A stretch of 32,000 bases of DNA from Nostoc sp. PCC 7120 = FACHB-418 (GCF_000009705.1 NC_003272.1:2280001-2312000); one strand, 5' to 3'. Positions 18,095 through 28,667 are shown, counted from the first letter of the stretch. Translations and numbers: made by a program. The notes: generated from the sequence alone by a model not told the origin.

Positions 18095-19351
18095 TCACTC
18101 CATTGCTCTAATTTGCTTATTTGCTTGATTCTGCGCCCTTAGCATCGCCTGTTTTAAGGGTTGTTGTCCCAGTAAGGCACTGACAAATTGATTATCAAAA
18201 TTATTCACAATTGGCGCTGGGTATTTACCAACCTGCCAGGGTGTAGCATCATCAACACCGGCAACTAAAGGCGATCGCAATGGGTCTTGCTCATATCCAA
18301 ATTTTTGAGATACTGATTTGCGTGTAGGTAAAGCAAAGCCTGTACTTGTCCATTTCTGCATTCCGGCTTTACCTGTGAGATAGGAAATTAATTCCCACGC
18401 TTCGGCTTTATGCTGTGATTGCTTACTCATCACATAAGCAACAGTAAATACCATTGTGCCTTTCTTGTTATTAATCGTTGGTAATTGTGCAGTTGCAAAC
18501 TCCAATTGCGGAAAGGTTTCTTGTAAATATGGAATCGCCCAATTACCTTCAATTACCATTGCCACTTTCTCCTGACCGAACATCTCACTACCTGAGTTTG
18601 TCCCTACGTCAGATTTTTGAGCAGATGATTTATCTTTTTGATACTGGTCTATCACTAATTGAAATCCCCTTAAACCAGCTTCACTGGCAAAGGTAGCATA
18701 ACCATTCTGATTGATAACTTCTCCACCAAAAGCTTTAATTTTGTAAACTTGACGGGCTAATTCCGGTGCTTCCCCAAAGCCATACTTGTTGAGTTTACCT
18801 GTTAATTGCTGGGAGTAGGTGCGTAATTCTGTCCACGTCGCTGGGGGACTGCTCAAACCAGCAGCAGCAAAGGCTTTTTTGTTATAAAACAGCGCCAAGG
18901 TAGAATAATCCTTAGGAAAACCGTAGATATGGTTCTGATATTTAAAGTTATCTAGGAGATTAGCTTCAAAGTCACTTAAGTCAAATTCAGGAGTGATGTA
19001 ATTATCCAGTGGTTCCAGCACATTCTGGCTCATCAAAAAAGGAGCCTCCAGGGCATCCAAGTAGAAGACATCAGGCGCAGCTTCTCCAATCAAGCGGGTT
19101 TTGATCACATCCATATATTGGTCAGAAATCACCTCATATTTGACCTTGATGTGTGGATGCTGTGCTTCAAAGTCTTGCAAAACCTGTTTCAATAGTTTTT
19201 GCTCCACTGGAGAACCACCCCAGCCACTGAGTTTAACAGTGACTGGGGCAGATGCTGAAGACGAACTTTGCACTTGCCAACTATGGTAAGCAACAATGGC
19301 GATCGCGATCGCCATCACTAATCCCAAAAATTGCCACCAACTTTTTTTCAT
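18095..19351 (-). CDS. ABC transporter extracellular solute-binding protein (family 1, sugar type)
   Basis: 418 aa with N-terminal signal/anchor WWQFLGLVMAIAIAIVA. Typical family-1 binding-protein segments (KLSGWGGSPVEQ, DVFYLD). No permease or ATPase gene is adjacent. Confidence 0.8.
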   Translation of the reverse strand: MKKSWWQFLGLVMAIAIAIVAYHSWQVQSSSSASAPVTVKLSGWGGSPVEQKLLKQVLQDFEAQHPHIKVKYEVISDQYMDVIKTRLIGEAAPDVFYLDALEAPFLMSQNVLEPLDNYITPEFDLSDFEANLLDNFKYQNHIYGFPKDYSTLALFYNKKAFAAAGLSSPPATWTELRTYSQQLTGKLNKYGFGEAPELARQVYKIKAFGGEVINQNGYATFASEAGLRGFQLVIDQYQKDKSSAQKSDVGTNSGSEMFGQEKVAMVIEGNWAIPYLQETFPQLEFATAQLPTINNKKGTMVFTVAYVMSKQSQHKAEAWELISYLTGKAGMQKWTSTGFALPTRKSVSQKFGYEQDPLRSPLVAGVDDATPWQVGKYPAPIVNNFDNQFVSALLGQQPLKQAMLRAQNQANKQIRAME

Positions 19352-19402
19352 CGCCAGAGATAGAGGATAGGGAAGAAGCAGGGATCTGGGAAAGATAACT
19401 AC

Positions 19403-19423
19403 TGACTAATGACTATTGACTAA
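19403..19423. repeat. Heptamer tandem repeat (TGACTAW)x3
   Basis: TGACTAA TGACTAT TGACTAA. The same word CTGACTAATGACTATT recurs at 27539..27554. Confidence 0.6.
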
Positions 19424-19475
19424 AAAATTACAGGTATCTACCGCTATACTATCGCTGAAGTCTATTACAAGTGAC

Positions 19476-19883
19476 ATGGTGCGGTTTTTTTTCACAGCAG
19501 TATTACTACTATTATTAGTGGGCTGTAATAATATTGGTTTATTGCCGACTAGCGAATTAGTGCAGAGAGCGATCGCACTCCAGCTAGAACAAACCCAAGA
19601 AAAACTTAATCAACAGCTAGATTTAAATTTCCAAGGCTTTGAAATTAAACACCTCAAGATTCGCCAAGAACAACCCCTGACAATTCAAAATCTGCCAGCC
19701 TTCCGCGTTTTGGGAACTTATGACTTAACTTTCCAGTTACCCAAGAGACAGTTAACCAAACTGCAACAACCCTTTGATGTTTACCTACAAATCCAGCAAG
19801 AAGGTAAAACTTGGCGATTGCTACTTCCAGATAAGACTAGTAAAGATACGGAACCAGTTTGGCATAGCTATCTCATCCCATAA
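19476..19883 (+). CDS. Putative lipoprotein (135 aa)
   Basis: ATG 19476 gives MVRFFFTAVLLLLLVGC with a lipobox-like LVGC. The track start at 19416 is a TTG extension. Confidence 0.55.
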   Translation: MVRFFFTAVLLLLLVGCNNIGLLPTSELVQRAIALQLEQTQEKLNQQLDLNFQGFEIKHLKIRQEQPLTIQNLPAFRVLGTYDLTFQLPKRQLTKLQQPFDVYLQIQQEGKTWRLLLPDKTSKDTEPVWHSYLIP

Positions 19884-20019
19884 ATCATATATGCAACTGG
19901 AAAAAGCATCACAGACTTTTCTGTATAAATCCTCCAGCATAGCCATGATGAAACTAATTCGTAATTTGTAATAGCCTGGCAAGACTATTACAAATTAGTC
20001 TTATTGGAGAAATGGCTAT

Positions 20020-20793
20020 ATGTATGTAAATTTTTTTATTAGTTCTATTGCCGGAATTGTCATTACAGTATTGCTAGCTTTTAGCGTATTGCAATGGTTT
20101 CATGTACCTGCGGGTAGCTTTCTGGATTGGGTAATTGGGGGGGCAAGTTTTTGGTGGTTGTTAGTCATTGTGACTGTACCTTGGAATATTCATTTTCAAG
20201 CTAAACAAGTTTTAGCTGAAGCAGCACAGTCCAGGGAAAAAGAAATTCCTGTGGATGAGCGACAAGTGCGATATGTCCAAAGTTTAGCCAAGCGATCGCT
20301 GTGGGTGGCTTTGGCTTTACACTTGTTTTCAGCTATTGGTCTTTATCTCCTCGCCGCCACAGGTATTAGTGCCGTAGGTTATATCAGTTCTGGCGCAGCT
20401 TTATTATTAACAATCCTCAGACCGGCAATTCGTGCTTATGAGTATATCTATGCGCGGCTAACAATGATTAGCCAAGAATGGAAATATCCCCGCGAAGATA
20501 TAGTAGAACTCCGTCATCGCTTTGTTGAATTAGAACAGAAAGTCCAAGTTTTGGATGATCAATTTAACTTAGAACAGCCCTATTCTTTAGTAGCCACACA
20601 ACAACGTTTTGGTGAGGAAACCCGCCGAGACTTAGCGAAAATCGCTGCCAATTTAGAAGAATTACGAGCTACAAATCAAACTGAACATGAGCGATTATCC
20701 AGAGAAGCCAGAAATGCGATCGCCCAGCTTTCTACTGACGGACAATTCCTCGATCATGTGCGAGAAATCATTCGCTTTTTTAAGACAGCTTGA
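20020..20793 (+). CDS. Membrane protein with C-terminal coiled-coil region (257 aa), function unknown
   Basis: Four hydrophobic segments in the N-terminal 150 aa, followed by a charged heptad-like C-terminus (ELRHRFVELEQKVQVLDDQ...). Confidence 0.7.
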   Translation: MYVNFFISSIAGIVITVLLAFSVLQWFHVPAGSFLDWVIGGASFWWLLVIVTVPWNIHFQAKQVLAEAAQSREKEIPVDERQVRYVQSLAKRSLWVALALHLFSAIGLYLLAATGISAVGYISSGAALLLTILRPAIRAYEYIYARLTMISQEWKYPREDIVELRHRFVELEQKVQVLDDQFNLEQPYSLVATQQRFGEETRRDLAKIAANLEELRATNQTEHERLSREARNAIAQLSTDGQFLDHVREIIRFFKTA

Positions 20794-20819
20794 GGCGAAA
20801 GAGGCGATCGCTCATACCA

Positions 20820-20911
20820 CAATACGGTTCAGAGAAATGTAGGTTGGGTGGAGCTATCGCTCCACCCAACCTACACTAGTTTTTATTTTTAGCCTTAACT
20901 GAACGATATTG
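20820..20911. mobile_element. 92-bp MITE-like insertion with target-site duplication
   Basis: 10-bp direct repeat GCTCATACCA at 20810..20819 and 20912..20921 abuts imperfect terminal inverted repeats CAATACGGTTCAG (20820..20832) and CTGAACGATATTG (20899..20911). Internal perfect 16-bp hairpin GTAGGTTGGGTGGAGC/GCTCCACCCAACCTAC (20839..20874). Confidence 0.6.
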
Positions 20912-20998
20912 GCTCATACCATTTCCCGAAAAATATGATATAAGTATAAACCCTGAAAGCTTTGCTGCATCATTGCTACCCATTCCCGATTACAATGC

Positions 20999-22639
20999 TT
21001 AATTGTTAATTTGTGTATTCTCAGGAAATTTTTCGTTTTTCTGTGACGGTGCTGGAATTTGACTATCAGTAGAGGAATTTTGCTTTACTTCCACTGTGGG
21101 AACTACCACAGAAGAATCTGAATTTTTTGGCTCTGCGGGTTGTACCGGCACAACTATAGAATTTGCTGGCGGCTCAACTGGTGTGGTGGAATTTTGAGTT
21201 GAGGACGGTGGACTAGTATCTGTAGTGTTGGCTGGTTTGGCTGTGCGAGATGAACGGATTTCTCGCAATTTTTCTACGAGGGATGGTGTGGAGGATGTAT
21301 TAGGTGACAGCCCTGGTTGTTCATAATTGCGGCGCTGTGATTCTCCTGTATTTGGTTGTGGTGATTGTTCTGAAGAATTGCTGTTGGGATTGGAAGATTC
21401 GCTTGGTTGGTTAGTTAGATTACGCCTGCGTCTTCTAGAAGGGGATACAGGTGTAGTTTCGCTTGCGGAATAATTTTGAGAGTTTTGTCTCGTATTATCT
21501 CGCTCTTGACTAGAATCAACTTGAGGTTTCCCTCCTACTGGTACCATTGGGCGTTCTTCAAACAGGGGTTTTGCCGACGGCTGTGTCCAAGAGCGGGAAA
21601 ACAGGCTGGTGGCACTAAATCCGGCGGCGGCAGCAACCACAGCTATGATGACACCCAGGAAGACTTGAGAAGTGCCAGACTTTTGAGCTATTAAGGCAAG
21701 ATTTTTCAGGGGTGATGGTTTTTTACCACTACCGGATGTTTTGGCACCAGAAAACTTTTCTTGCAGATGCACAGACAAATCAATGGTTGGCACTACATGA
21801 GTAGGTAATGCGTGAATTGGCAAATTTACGCCACTACCTGGTAGTAGTTGTAGCCATTCCGCAACCGTTGGTGGACGGAAGCGAGATTCTACGGCCATAC
21901 CCCGCATGACAGCTTGATTTACGGCTGCACTGAGGTGGGGTTGTAGTTCACGGGGGGCTGGCATTTGTTCGCGATCGCGCAATAATGCTGGTAAGGGGAC
22001 TTGTCCTGTTAACAGTGCATACAAAGTTGCCGCTAAACCATAAACATCGGTGGCGGGTGTGCGCGGTGCTTGAGTTAAATATTGTTCGATGGGGGCGTAG
22101 CCCTCAGATACTAGCCCTGTGTGAGTTTGACGCACACCGCTATTAAATTCACGGGCAATGCCAAAATCAATCAGCACTACCTCCTGTGTACCTTGACGGA
22201 GGATGATATTATCTGGTTTAACATCCCGGTGCAGCAAACCATTGTTGTGTACTACCTGCAATGCTGCCCCAATTTGGCGGATGTAATGAATTGCAGTTTC
22301 TTCTGGTAAAGGTATGGCCGGTAAAACAAAAGCATCTCCTAAGGTTTCTCCAGGGATATACTCCATTACCATGTAAGGTAATCCATCCTCAACAAAAAAA
22401 TCACTTACCCTGACAATATTAGGATGGATACAAGTGGCGAGTCTTCTGGCTTCATCTTGGAACTGACGCTCGAACTTTGCAAAATCAGGGTGTTGGCGTA
22501 GTCGTTCGTTGATGGTTTTCATCACTACCTCATGTCCTAAGTAATGATGAGTAGCCTTAAACGTAATGCCAAAGCCACCACGTCCTACTTCTTGGATGAG
22601 GGTGTATTTTCCACCCTGTAAAATTTTGCCTGCTAACAT
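20999..22639 (-). CDS. Ser/Thr protein kinase with one transmembrane segment and a long S/P/T/N-rich C-terminal tail
   Basis: GRGGFG P-loop, VVMK lysine, HRDVKPDNI catalytic loop, DFG, YAPIEQ. TM segment [16 protein letters not shown]. Low-complexity tail. Confidence 0.9.
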   Translation of the reverse strand: MLAGKILQGGKYTLIQEVGRGGFGITFKATHHYLGHEVVMKTINERLRQHPDFAKFERQFQDEARRLATCIHPNIVRVSDFFVEDGLPYMVMEYIPGETLGDAFVLPAIPLPEETAIHYIRQIGAALQVVHNNGLLHRDVKPDNIILRQGTQEVVLIDFGIAREFNSGVRQTHTGLVSEGYAPIEQYLTQAPRTPATDVYGLAATLYALLTGQVPLPALLRDREQMPAPRELQPHLSAAVNQAVMRGMAVESRFRPPTVAEWLQLLPGSGVNLPIHALPTHVVPTIDLSVHLQEKFSGAKTSGSGKKPSPLKNLALIAQKSGTSQVFLGVIIAVVAAAAGFSATSLFSRSWTQPSAKPLFEERPMVPVGGKPQVDSSQERDNTRQNSQNYSASETTPVSPSRRRRRNLTNQPSESSNPNSNSSEQSPQPNTGESQRRNYEQPGLSPNTSSTPSLVEKLREIRSSRTAKPANTTDTSPPSSTQNSTTPVEPPANSIVVPVQPAEPKNSDSSVVVPTVEVKQNSSTDSQIPAPSQKNEKFPENTQINN

Positions 22640-22928
22640 AGAGAGTCTTGAGTCCTGAGTCTTAATTCCTGACGAAGCAAATAACTACTAATTCCTAATT
22701 GTGAGGGACTGCCAAACAAAAAAGTCTGCCCATATATTGTATTCAGTAGTCAGATTTTTCTCACTTTTACCATCCAAAAGGCTCTTCGGTTAGCTCAAAC
22801 AAGAATTTTTGCAGAAAAATCTTACACCCTTCACATAAACACTTTCTTTGAGAAAACTCACCTTGATTAAATAGGTTGTCTAATTTTACTTTGTAATCAC
22901 AATAAATTTCAGGAGTCATGTAGCCCTA

Positions 22929-23669
22929 ATGTCTCAAAAGTCGTCTCAAAGCCATCTGTCTACTTCACAAAATCCTTACACAGACAACATCAATCGTTCA
23001 GATAAATGGCAACAAAGGGTAGCACAGGTAGCATATCGCTTTAACCAACAGTATCAAAATCAATCCTTAGAACTACCAGCAGAAGTACAGGAAATGCCGA
23101 TTTATCGAGAATGGATTTCTGGCATATTGGCAGGAAAGATTGCTTCTCCTTTCTGGGAAATGGCCCAACCCCAAAAAAATCAGCACTGTTTAGATATTGG
23201 TTGTGGAGTTAGTTTTTTGATTTATCCTTGGCGAGATTGGCAAGCATTTTTTTATGGGCAAGATGTAAGCAATGTAGCGCGAGATACCCTCAATTCTCGT
23301 GGTTCCCAGTTGAACTCCAAGTTATTCAAAGGCGTGGAATTAGGGGCAGCCCATCAGTTAAAATACACATTGTCTTATTTTGATCTAGCGATCGCTACAG
23401 GATTCAGTTGCTATTTTCCCCTGGAATATTGGACATCTGTGTTACAAGCCGTGAAGCGTGTACTCAAACCAGATGGACATTTTGTTTTTGATATCCTCAA
23501 CGCTGCACACCCTCAAGCTGAAGATTGGGCGGTGTTGGAAACTTACTTGGGCGCGGAAGTGTTTCTAGAACCTGTCACCGAGTGGGAAAAAATAATTAAC
23601 GCGGCTGGTGCTAAAGTAGTTGGACGACAACCAGGGGAGTTCTTTGATTTGTACAAGCTACGGTTTTAA
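22929..23669 (+). CDS. Class I SAM-dependent methyltransferase
   Basis: Motif I CLDIGCGVSF and post-I/II pattern LKPDGHFVFD. 246 aa. Confidence 0.75.
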   Translation: MSQKSSQSHLSTSQNPYTDNINRSDKWQQRVAQVAYRFNQQYQNQSLELPAEVQEMPIYREWISGILAGKIASPFWEMAQPQKNQHCLDIGCGVSFLIYPWRDWQAFFYGQDVSNVARDTLNSRGSQLNSKLFKGVELGAAHQLKYTLSYFDLAIATGFSCYFPLEYWTSVLQAVKRVLKPDGHFVFDILNAAHPQAEDWAVLETYLGAEVFLEPVTEWEKIINAAGAKVVGRQPGEFFDLYKLRF

Positions 23670-23740
23670 GATTGGTTGGCGGGAAGAGATGAGGGGATGA
23701 GGGAAATGAGAAAGAAACATCTCAAAACTCTTGCTGTCTC

Positions 23741-23778
23741 CCCCAATCCCCAGTCCCCAGTCCCCAATCCCCAGTCCC
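23741..23778. repeat. STRR1-type heptamer array (CCCCAGT/CCCCAAT, 5.4 copies)
   Basis: CCCCAAT CCCCAGT CCCCAGT CCCCAAT CCCCAGT CCC. Preceded at 23677..23710 by a G-rich GATGAGG-type segment. Confidence 0.85.
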
Positions 23779-23805
23779 TAATACTGAAATAAGGATACTA
23801 TACTG

Positions 23806-24813
23806 ATGTCGGTGGGAAGAATACGCTACGATTGGCACAAAGCAGAGATTCGCGCAGTATATGATACGCCATTGCTAGAGTTGATTTATCAAGCTGCTAG
23901 TGTACATCGGCAGTTTCATAATCCTAAACAAATACAAGTATGTAAGCTGATATCGATTAAAACAGGTGCGTGTCCTGAAGATTGTAGTTACTGCGCCCAG
24001 TCTTCTCGTTATCAAACTGAAGTCAAACCCCAAGCACTCCTTGATAAGCAAACGGTTGTGGAAATTGCCCAAAACGCTAAACAAAAGGGTGTCAGCCGTG
24101 TCTGTATGGGTGCGGCTTGGCGGGAGGTGCGAGATAATTCTCAATTTGACCGAGTTCTAGAAATGGTCAAAGATGTTACAGACATGGGTTTAGAAGTGTG
24201 CTGTACTCTGGGAATGCTGACATCTGAGCAAGCCAAGAAGTTGGAGACAGCAGGATTGTATGCTTATAACCATAACTTGGATACTTCCTCTGACTACTAC
24301 AGCACTATTATTACCACGAGAACTTATGGCGATCGCCTAAACACTATCGAAAACGTCCGACAGACTAATGTTACCGTATGTTCTGGCGGCATTCTCGGTT
24401 TAGGTGAAAGCATAGATGACCGTGTGGCAATGTTACAAACCTTAGCCACCCTCAATCCTCATCCAGAATCCGTACCAATTAATATTCTCTCCCAAGTAGA
24501 AGGCACACCTCTAGAAGATCAACCAGATGTACCTGTTTGGGATGTAGTCAGAATGATTGCAACTGCACGTATAGTTATGCCCACATCGGATGTGCGTTTA
24601 AGTGCTGGTAGGGCGAGACTTTCTCAAGTGGAACAAGCCTTTTGTTTTATGGCAGGAGCAAATTCCATCTTTTCCAGCGACGATAATAAAATGCTGACGG
24701 TGACAACACCTTGTCCAGATTACGATGCTGATCAGGAAATGCTCAACCTACTCGGCTTAGAAATGCGTCCTCCGTCCCAAAGACCACAACCTGTAGTCAT
24801 GGGTAATTCATAA
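23806..24813 (+). CDS. bioB: Biotin synthase
   Basis: Radical-SAM motif [11 protein letters not shown], plus YNHNLDTS and [10 protein letters not shown]. 335 aa. Confidence 0.95.
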   Translation: MSVGRIRYDWHKAEIRAVYDTPLLELIYQAASVHRQFHNPKQIQVCKLISIKTGACPEDCSYCAQSSRYQTEVKPQALLDKQTVVEIAQNAKQKGVSRVCMGAAWREVRDNSQFDRVLEMVKDVTDMGLEVCCTLGMLTSEQAKKLETAGLYAYNHNLDTSSDYYSTIITTRTYGDRLNTIENVRQTNVTVCSGGILGLGESIDDRVAMLQTLATLNPHPESVPINILSQVEGTPLEDQPDVPVWDVVRMIATARIVMPTSDVRLSAGRARLSQVEQAFCFMAGANSIFSSDDNKMLTVTTPCPDYDADQEMLNLLGLEMRPPSQRPQPVVMGNS

Positions 24814-24820
24814 TCGCTTC

Positions 24821-24860
24821 AGATTCCCGACTTCTTGAAGAAGTTGGGAATCTAGTTTTT
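24821..24860 (+). terminator. Rho-independent terminator after bioB
   Basis: AGATTCCCGACTTCTT / AAGAAGTTGGGAATCT long stem (one G-T pair) at 24821..24853, followed by AGTTTTT. Confidence 0.65.
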
Positions 24861-24864
24861 CACA

Positions 24865-24960
24865 CTACAGTATCTTCGCAGAGCGTAAACCAAACAGCAG
24901 ACCAGCAGCTATGCCAGTGAACAAAGCCAAAAAGCCGATATAAGCTACTATTGCCAACAT
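24865..24960 (-). CDS. petL: Cytochrome b6-f complex subunit 6 (PetL), 31 aa
   Basis: Minus-strand ATG 24960 to TAG 24867..24865 gives [31 protein letters not shown], with GGAGAA SD upstream. The single TM helix, length and the Y-I-x-F-x-A-L-F-x-G-I-A ... S-x-K pattern match cyanobacterial PetL. Too short for the ORF track. Confidence 0.75.
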
Positions 24961-25007
24961 TTATTTTTCTCCACAATATTCTACTAACTCTATTGAATCA
25001 TTAAATT

Positions 25008-25108
25008 TTGGTCACTGGTCAAAAGAGGCAGGGGGGCAGGGCAGGGCAGGGGAGCAGGGGAGGCAGGGGGAGAACTTACTCCAAGATTTTCGCCCAATCC
25101 CCAGTCCC
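25008..25108. repeat. Composite repeat spacer: TTGGTCA-type heptamers, a GGCAGGG-type G-rich array, then STRR1 remnant
   Basis: TTGGTCA CTGGTCA (25008..25021). GAGGCAGGGGGGCAGGGCAGGGCAGGGGAGCAGGGGAGGCAGGGGGAG (25025..25072). CCCAATCCCCAGTCCC (25093..25108). Confidence 0.7.
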
Positions 25109-25185
25109 TAAGAAAATCTGGCGTAAATGCTAATCTGGAACTAACTAGAAGACTAATATTTTGGTTCCAGTTTCAGGACGGAACA

Positions 25186-25788
25186 ATGACAAAAACTGAC
25201 TTATCCCCGACTCTTGCTGTCAATATTCCACCTACACTAACGCTGACAGTCTCCCACGAACAATTTGTACAGTTAGCACTGGCTAACAGAGATTTACAAT
25301 TAGAACGAACTGCTACGGGTGAGTTAATTGTTATGCCTCCAACTGGGAGCGATACAGGGTGTAGAAATTCGGATATTAACGCCCAACTATGGTTATGGAA
25401 CCGCCAAGCTAAGTTAGGAGTGGTTTTTGACTCTTCAAGCGGTTTTCATCTTCCCAACGGTAGCGCGCTCTCTCCTGATGCGTCCTGGATACGTCAAGAC
25501 CGATGGAATGCCCTAAATATAGAACAACAAGAGACTTTTGCCCCGATATGTCCTGATTTTGTGCTGGAACTACGTTCTAAGAATGACTCTATAGAAAAGT
25601 TACGCGCCAAGATAAGAGAATACATCGACAATGGCGCTCGTTTAGGTTGGTTAATTGACCGCAAAAATCGACAAGTAGAAGTTTATCGCCCAGGTCAAGA
25701 TGTGGAAATCCTTAATCATCCTGTCAACTTGTCAGGGGAAAATGTCTTACCGGGGTTTGTGTTGGACTTAACTGAAGTTTGGAAATAA
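25186..25788 (+). CDS. Uma2-family (DUF820) putative restriction-endonuclease-like protein
   Basis: 200 aa with ELIVMPPTG, SPDASW, PDFVLELRS and REYIDNGARLGWLID segments, characteristic of the family that is greatly expanded in cyanobacteria. Confidence 0.8.
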   Translation: MTKTDLSPTLAVNIPPTLTLTVSHEQFVQLALANRDLQLERTATGELIVMPPTGSDTGCRNSDINAQLWLWNRQAKLGVVFDSSSGFHLPNGSALSPDASWIRQDRWNALNIEQQETFAPICPDFVLELRSKNDSIEKLRAKIREYIDNGARLGWLIDRKNRQVEVYRPGQDVEILNHPVNLSGENVLPGFVLDLTEVWK

Positions 25789-25859
25789 AGATATGTCATC
25801 CCATCTCCTCCCCAGAATAGGGTAAAATACAGCCCACGGCGCTTGTTGGGGTTTGGGTA

Positions 25860-26951
25860 ATGACTTCTGTAATTAATGTGAATCTACCAACGCAGTCTTA
25901 TGAGATTGCGATCGCACCTGCAAGTTTAGATCAGATTGGTCAAAGCTTGGCTGGGTTAAAACTGGGCAAGAAAGTATTACTGGTTTCTAATCCCACGATT
26001 TTTAAGCATTTCGGCAAAGTTGCTGTTGATTCCTTAGAAGCTGCTGGATTTCAAGTAGCAAGTTATTCTTTGCCAGCCGGGGAACGCTATAAAACCCTTA
26101 ACTCTATTCAAAAACTATACGATATAGCCCTAGAAAATCGCCTAGAACGCTCCTCCACAATGGTGGCTTTGGGGGGAGGGGTAATTGGTGATATGACTGG
26201 CTTTGCCGCCGCTACTTGGCTACGGGGGATTAATGTGGTGCAAGTACCTACCACACTCTTAGCAATGGTAGATTCGGCTATTGGTGGTAAGACAGGTGTG
26301 AATCATCCCCACGGGAAAAACTTGATTGGTGCGTTCCATCAGCCGCGATTCGTGTTAATTGATCCCCAAGTATTAAAAACCTTGCCTGTACGTGAATTTC
26401 GCGCAGGAATGGCGGAGGTAATTAAATATGGCGTGATTTGGGATGCAGAATTATTCAACCAGTTGGAACAGAGTAAGCGTCTCGACCAACTGCGCTACAT
26501 CAAACCAGAACTGGTGGATGCTATCTTAACTCGTTCTTGCCAAGCTAAAGCTGATGTTGTCGGCAAAGATGAGAAAGAAGGTGGACTGAGGGCGATTTTG
26601 AATTACGGACACACTGTTGGTCATGCGGTGGAAAGCTTAACTAACTATCGGCTACTCAAACATGGTGAAGCAGTAGGTATCGGTATGGTAGCGGCTGGGC
26701 AAATCGCTGTAAATTTAGAACTGTGGCAACAAGCAGATGCAGACCGTCAAAATGCCTTAATTGAAAAAGCGGGTTTACCGACAAAGTTACCAGTGGGATT
26801 AGATATTGAAGGGATTATTGAGGCATTGCAATTAGATAAAAAAGTCAAAGATGGTAAAGTACGGTTTGTTTTACCAACTCAAATTGGTGTAGTGACAGTT
26901 ACTGATGAGGTGACATCAGATCACATTCGGCAAGTTTTACAGCAGATGTAA
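25860..26951 (+). CDS. aroB: 3-dehydroquinate synthase
   Basis: [46 protein letters not shown] and [12 protein letters not shown] motifs. 363 aa. Confidence 0.95.
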   Translation: MTSVINVNLPTQSYEIAIAPASLDQIGQSLAGLKLGKKVLLVSNPTIFKHFGKVAVDSLEAAGFQVASYSLPAGERYKTLNSIQKLYDIALENRLERSSTMVALGGGVIGDMTGFAAATWLRGINVVQVPTTLLAMVDSAIGGKTGVNHPHGKNLIGAFHQPRFVLIDPQVLKTLPVREFRAGMAEVIKYGVIWDAELFNQLEQSKRLDQLRYIKPELVDAILTRSCQAKADVVGKDEKEGGLRAILNYGHTVGHAVESLTNYRLLKHGEAVGIGMVAAGQIAVNLELWQQADADRQNALIEKAGLPTKLPVGLDIEGIIEALQLDKKVKDGKVRFVLPTQIGVVTVTDEVTSDHIRQVLQQM

Positions 26952-27469
26952 ATTAATTACTAAATTCTGCCAAAATGGCAAATTTTCAGTAGTGGAATCC
27001 TATACATTAAATATAGCTACTCAAATAGAGGTTGTTGATACAATCAACAATTATCTAATTATGAAACCTACAAAACTGAGTGCTATTGCTGAAGCACTTA
27101 GTGTTTGGGGAATTGAATAAATCCTACAGCAAGACGGACAAGCTAACTATTACTAACGGTTCTTTTTTCGAGAAAGTTGAGCAAGGATTAAGATTGGTTT
27201 GCTGGCACCTACTAATCTTAACTTTCATGCTCTATATCGAGTTCTCATGTGGTGGTGAGGACTTCGGGAAACTTTCTATACTGGGAATGGTATTGCTTGA
27301 ACCATACCAAAAGTAGCAAGACAAAAGAATAAAAGTGGTGGTTTGACTGTTGTCGTAGCTGGTAGAACTTATAGTTCTTGTCCTTTTTAAAATTTAGGAA
27401 TCCTCGTCCTACCAGATAGGATTACCTCTGCTAGATAAATTTGTAATTTATACAGCAAATCTTAATACT

Positions 27470-27508
27470 GCTGGAAGCTAACCCGATTAATTAGCCTCCA
27501 GCTTTTTT
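27470..27508 (+). terminator. Strong orphan rho-independent terminator in the aroB-parvulin spacer
   Basis: GCTGGAAGCTAA (27470..27481), 9-nt loop, TTAGCCTCCAGC (27491..27502, one mismatch), then TTTTTT (27503..27508). Confidence 0.65.
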
Positions 27509-27769
27509 ATGTGTTAAGAAGGGGGGGAGAAGATAAATTCTGACTAATGACTATTAACTTATAGCAGTTTTCATTTGCATGAGGTACAAATTCACTTGCT
27601 TTGAGGCAGGAGGCAGAAGAATAATTTTTATATTTAGTTCTCCAGTTGTGTACCTCATTTAGTCACAACCTGCTGTATATCTTGCACCACTTGCTTATTG
27701 CTAAAATCATCAAGCCAAAAAGCCTTTCATAAGTCCAGTATTCAATATAGTCACTTTCTAATTACATCA

Positions 27770-28498
27770 ATGAGTGATTTAACCAAAGTATTTATTGCAC
27801 CTGAGGAAATTGTCAATTTTCTCAAAAAAAATATGCAGTTGAAAGAGGTATATCAAAAAATCTTATTTCAACGGTTGATTTTGCAGGTGGCTGAGGCTAG
27901 GGGAATCACCGTGACAACGGAAGAAATTGAGGCTGAGGCTAACCGCCAGCGTCGGGAAAAGCGTTTAGAGAAAGCCGCAGATACTATGGCGTGGTTAGCA
28001 GATCAGTTGGCTTCCCCAGAGGATTGGGAAATGGGTATACGCGATCGCTTATTATCTCAAAAGTTAGCTAATTTTTTATTCGCTGATAAAGTAGAAGCTT
28101 TTTTTATTCAAAATCAACTGGAGTTTGAGCAAGTTAGTCTCTATCAAATTATTGTCGATTCGGAAAAACTCGCTCAAGAAATTTACTACCAAATTGAAGA
28201 TGAGGAAATTAGTTTCTATGAGGCTGCATATTTATATGATGTTGATGCTGTTCGTAGGCAAAGATGCGGTTACGAAGGTAAGGTTTATCGATTTTCTCTC
28301 CCTGTAAATGTAGCCACAGTTATCTTTAGAACATCTCCTAAACAGTTAATAAGTCCCCTACAAACTGAGCAAGGTTATCACCTATTTATGGTAGAGGAAT
28401 TTATACCTGCTGAATTAACGGGGGAAAGATATCAAGAAATTCTCAATAATATGTTTAACCAATGGTTGATTACTGAACTAAATAAGATTCTAAATTAA
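27770..28498 (+). CDS. PpiC/parvulin-type peptidyl-prolyl isomerase-like protein (242 aa)
   Basis: ATG 27770 (MSDLTKVF...). SurA-N-like helical N-terminal half. C-terminal parvulin pattern GYEGKVYRFSLPVNVATVIF...ISPLQTEQGYHLFMVEE. The track start at 27698 is a TTG extension. Confidence 0.7.
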   Translation: MSDLTKVFIAPEEIVNFLKKNMQLKEVYQKILFQRLILQVAEARGITVTTEEIEAEANRQRREKRLEKAADTMAWLADQLASPEDWEMGIRDRLLSQKLANFLFADKVEAFFIQNQLEFEQVSLYQIIVDSEKLAQEIYYQIEDEEISFYEAAYLYDVDAVRRQRCGYEGKVYRFSLPVNVATVIFRTSPKQLISPLQTEQGYHLFMVEEFIPAELTGERYQEILNNMFNQWLITELNKILN

Positions 28499-28667
28499 TC
28501 TGTAGAAAATCAATTACAAGAATATTGAAAACTATTCTTGGAAGCCAAATATATTTCATTAGAATATAAATAATCAAGTTTTACATTTTCTGTTGAGAGA
28601 GTACCTAATTTCAAATGTTATTCTGTGACATAATTATAACTGATATAATTTATTTGCTTGGCTTTCT

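Noticed and set aside
19299-19312. Overlapping double HIP1 (GCGATCGCGATCGC) in the binding-protein gene.
   Set aside because: It encodes the Ala-Ile repeat of the signal-anchor helix. HIP1 is simply abundant in this genome, so there is no further significance.
14202-19351. The orphan solute-binding protein and the adjacent hybrid histidine kinase as a binding-protein/sensor pair.
   Set aside because: The kinase shows no transmembrane or periplasmic segment (CBS and PAS domains only), so direct contact with an extracytoplasmic binding protein is unlikely. The genes are separated by 520 nt.
27080-27316. 78-aa track ORF after aroB.
   Set aside because: GTG start, no SD, odd residue composition and no motif. 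The interval is kept as a finding only because of the orphan terminator downstream.
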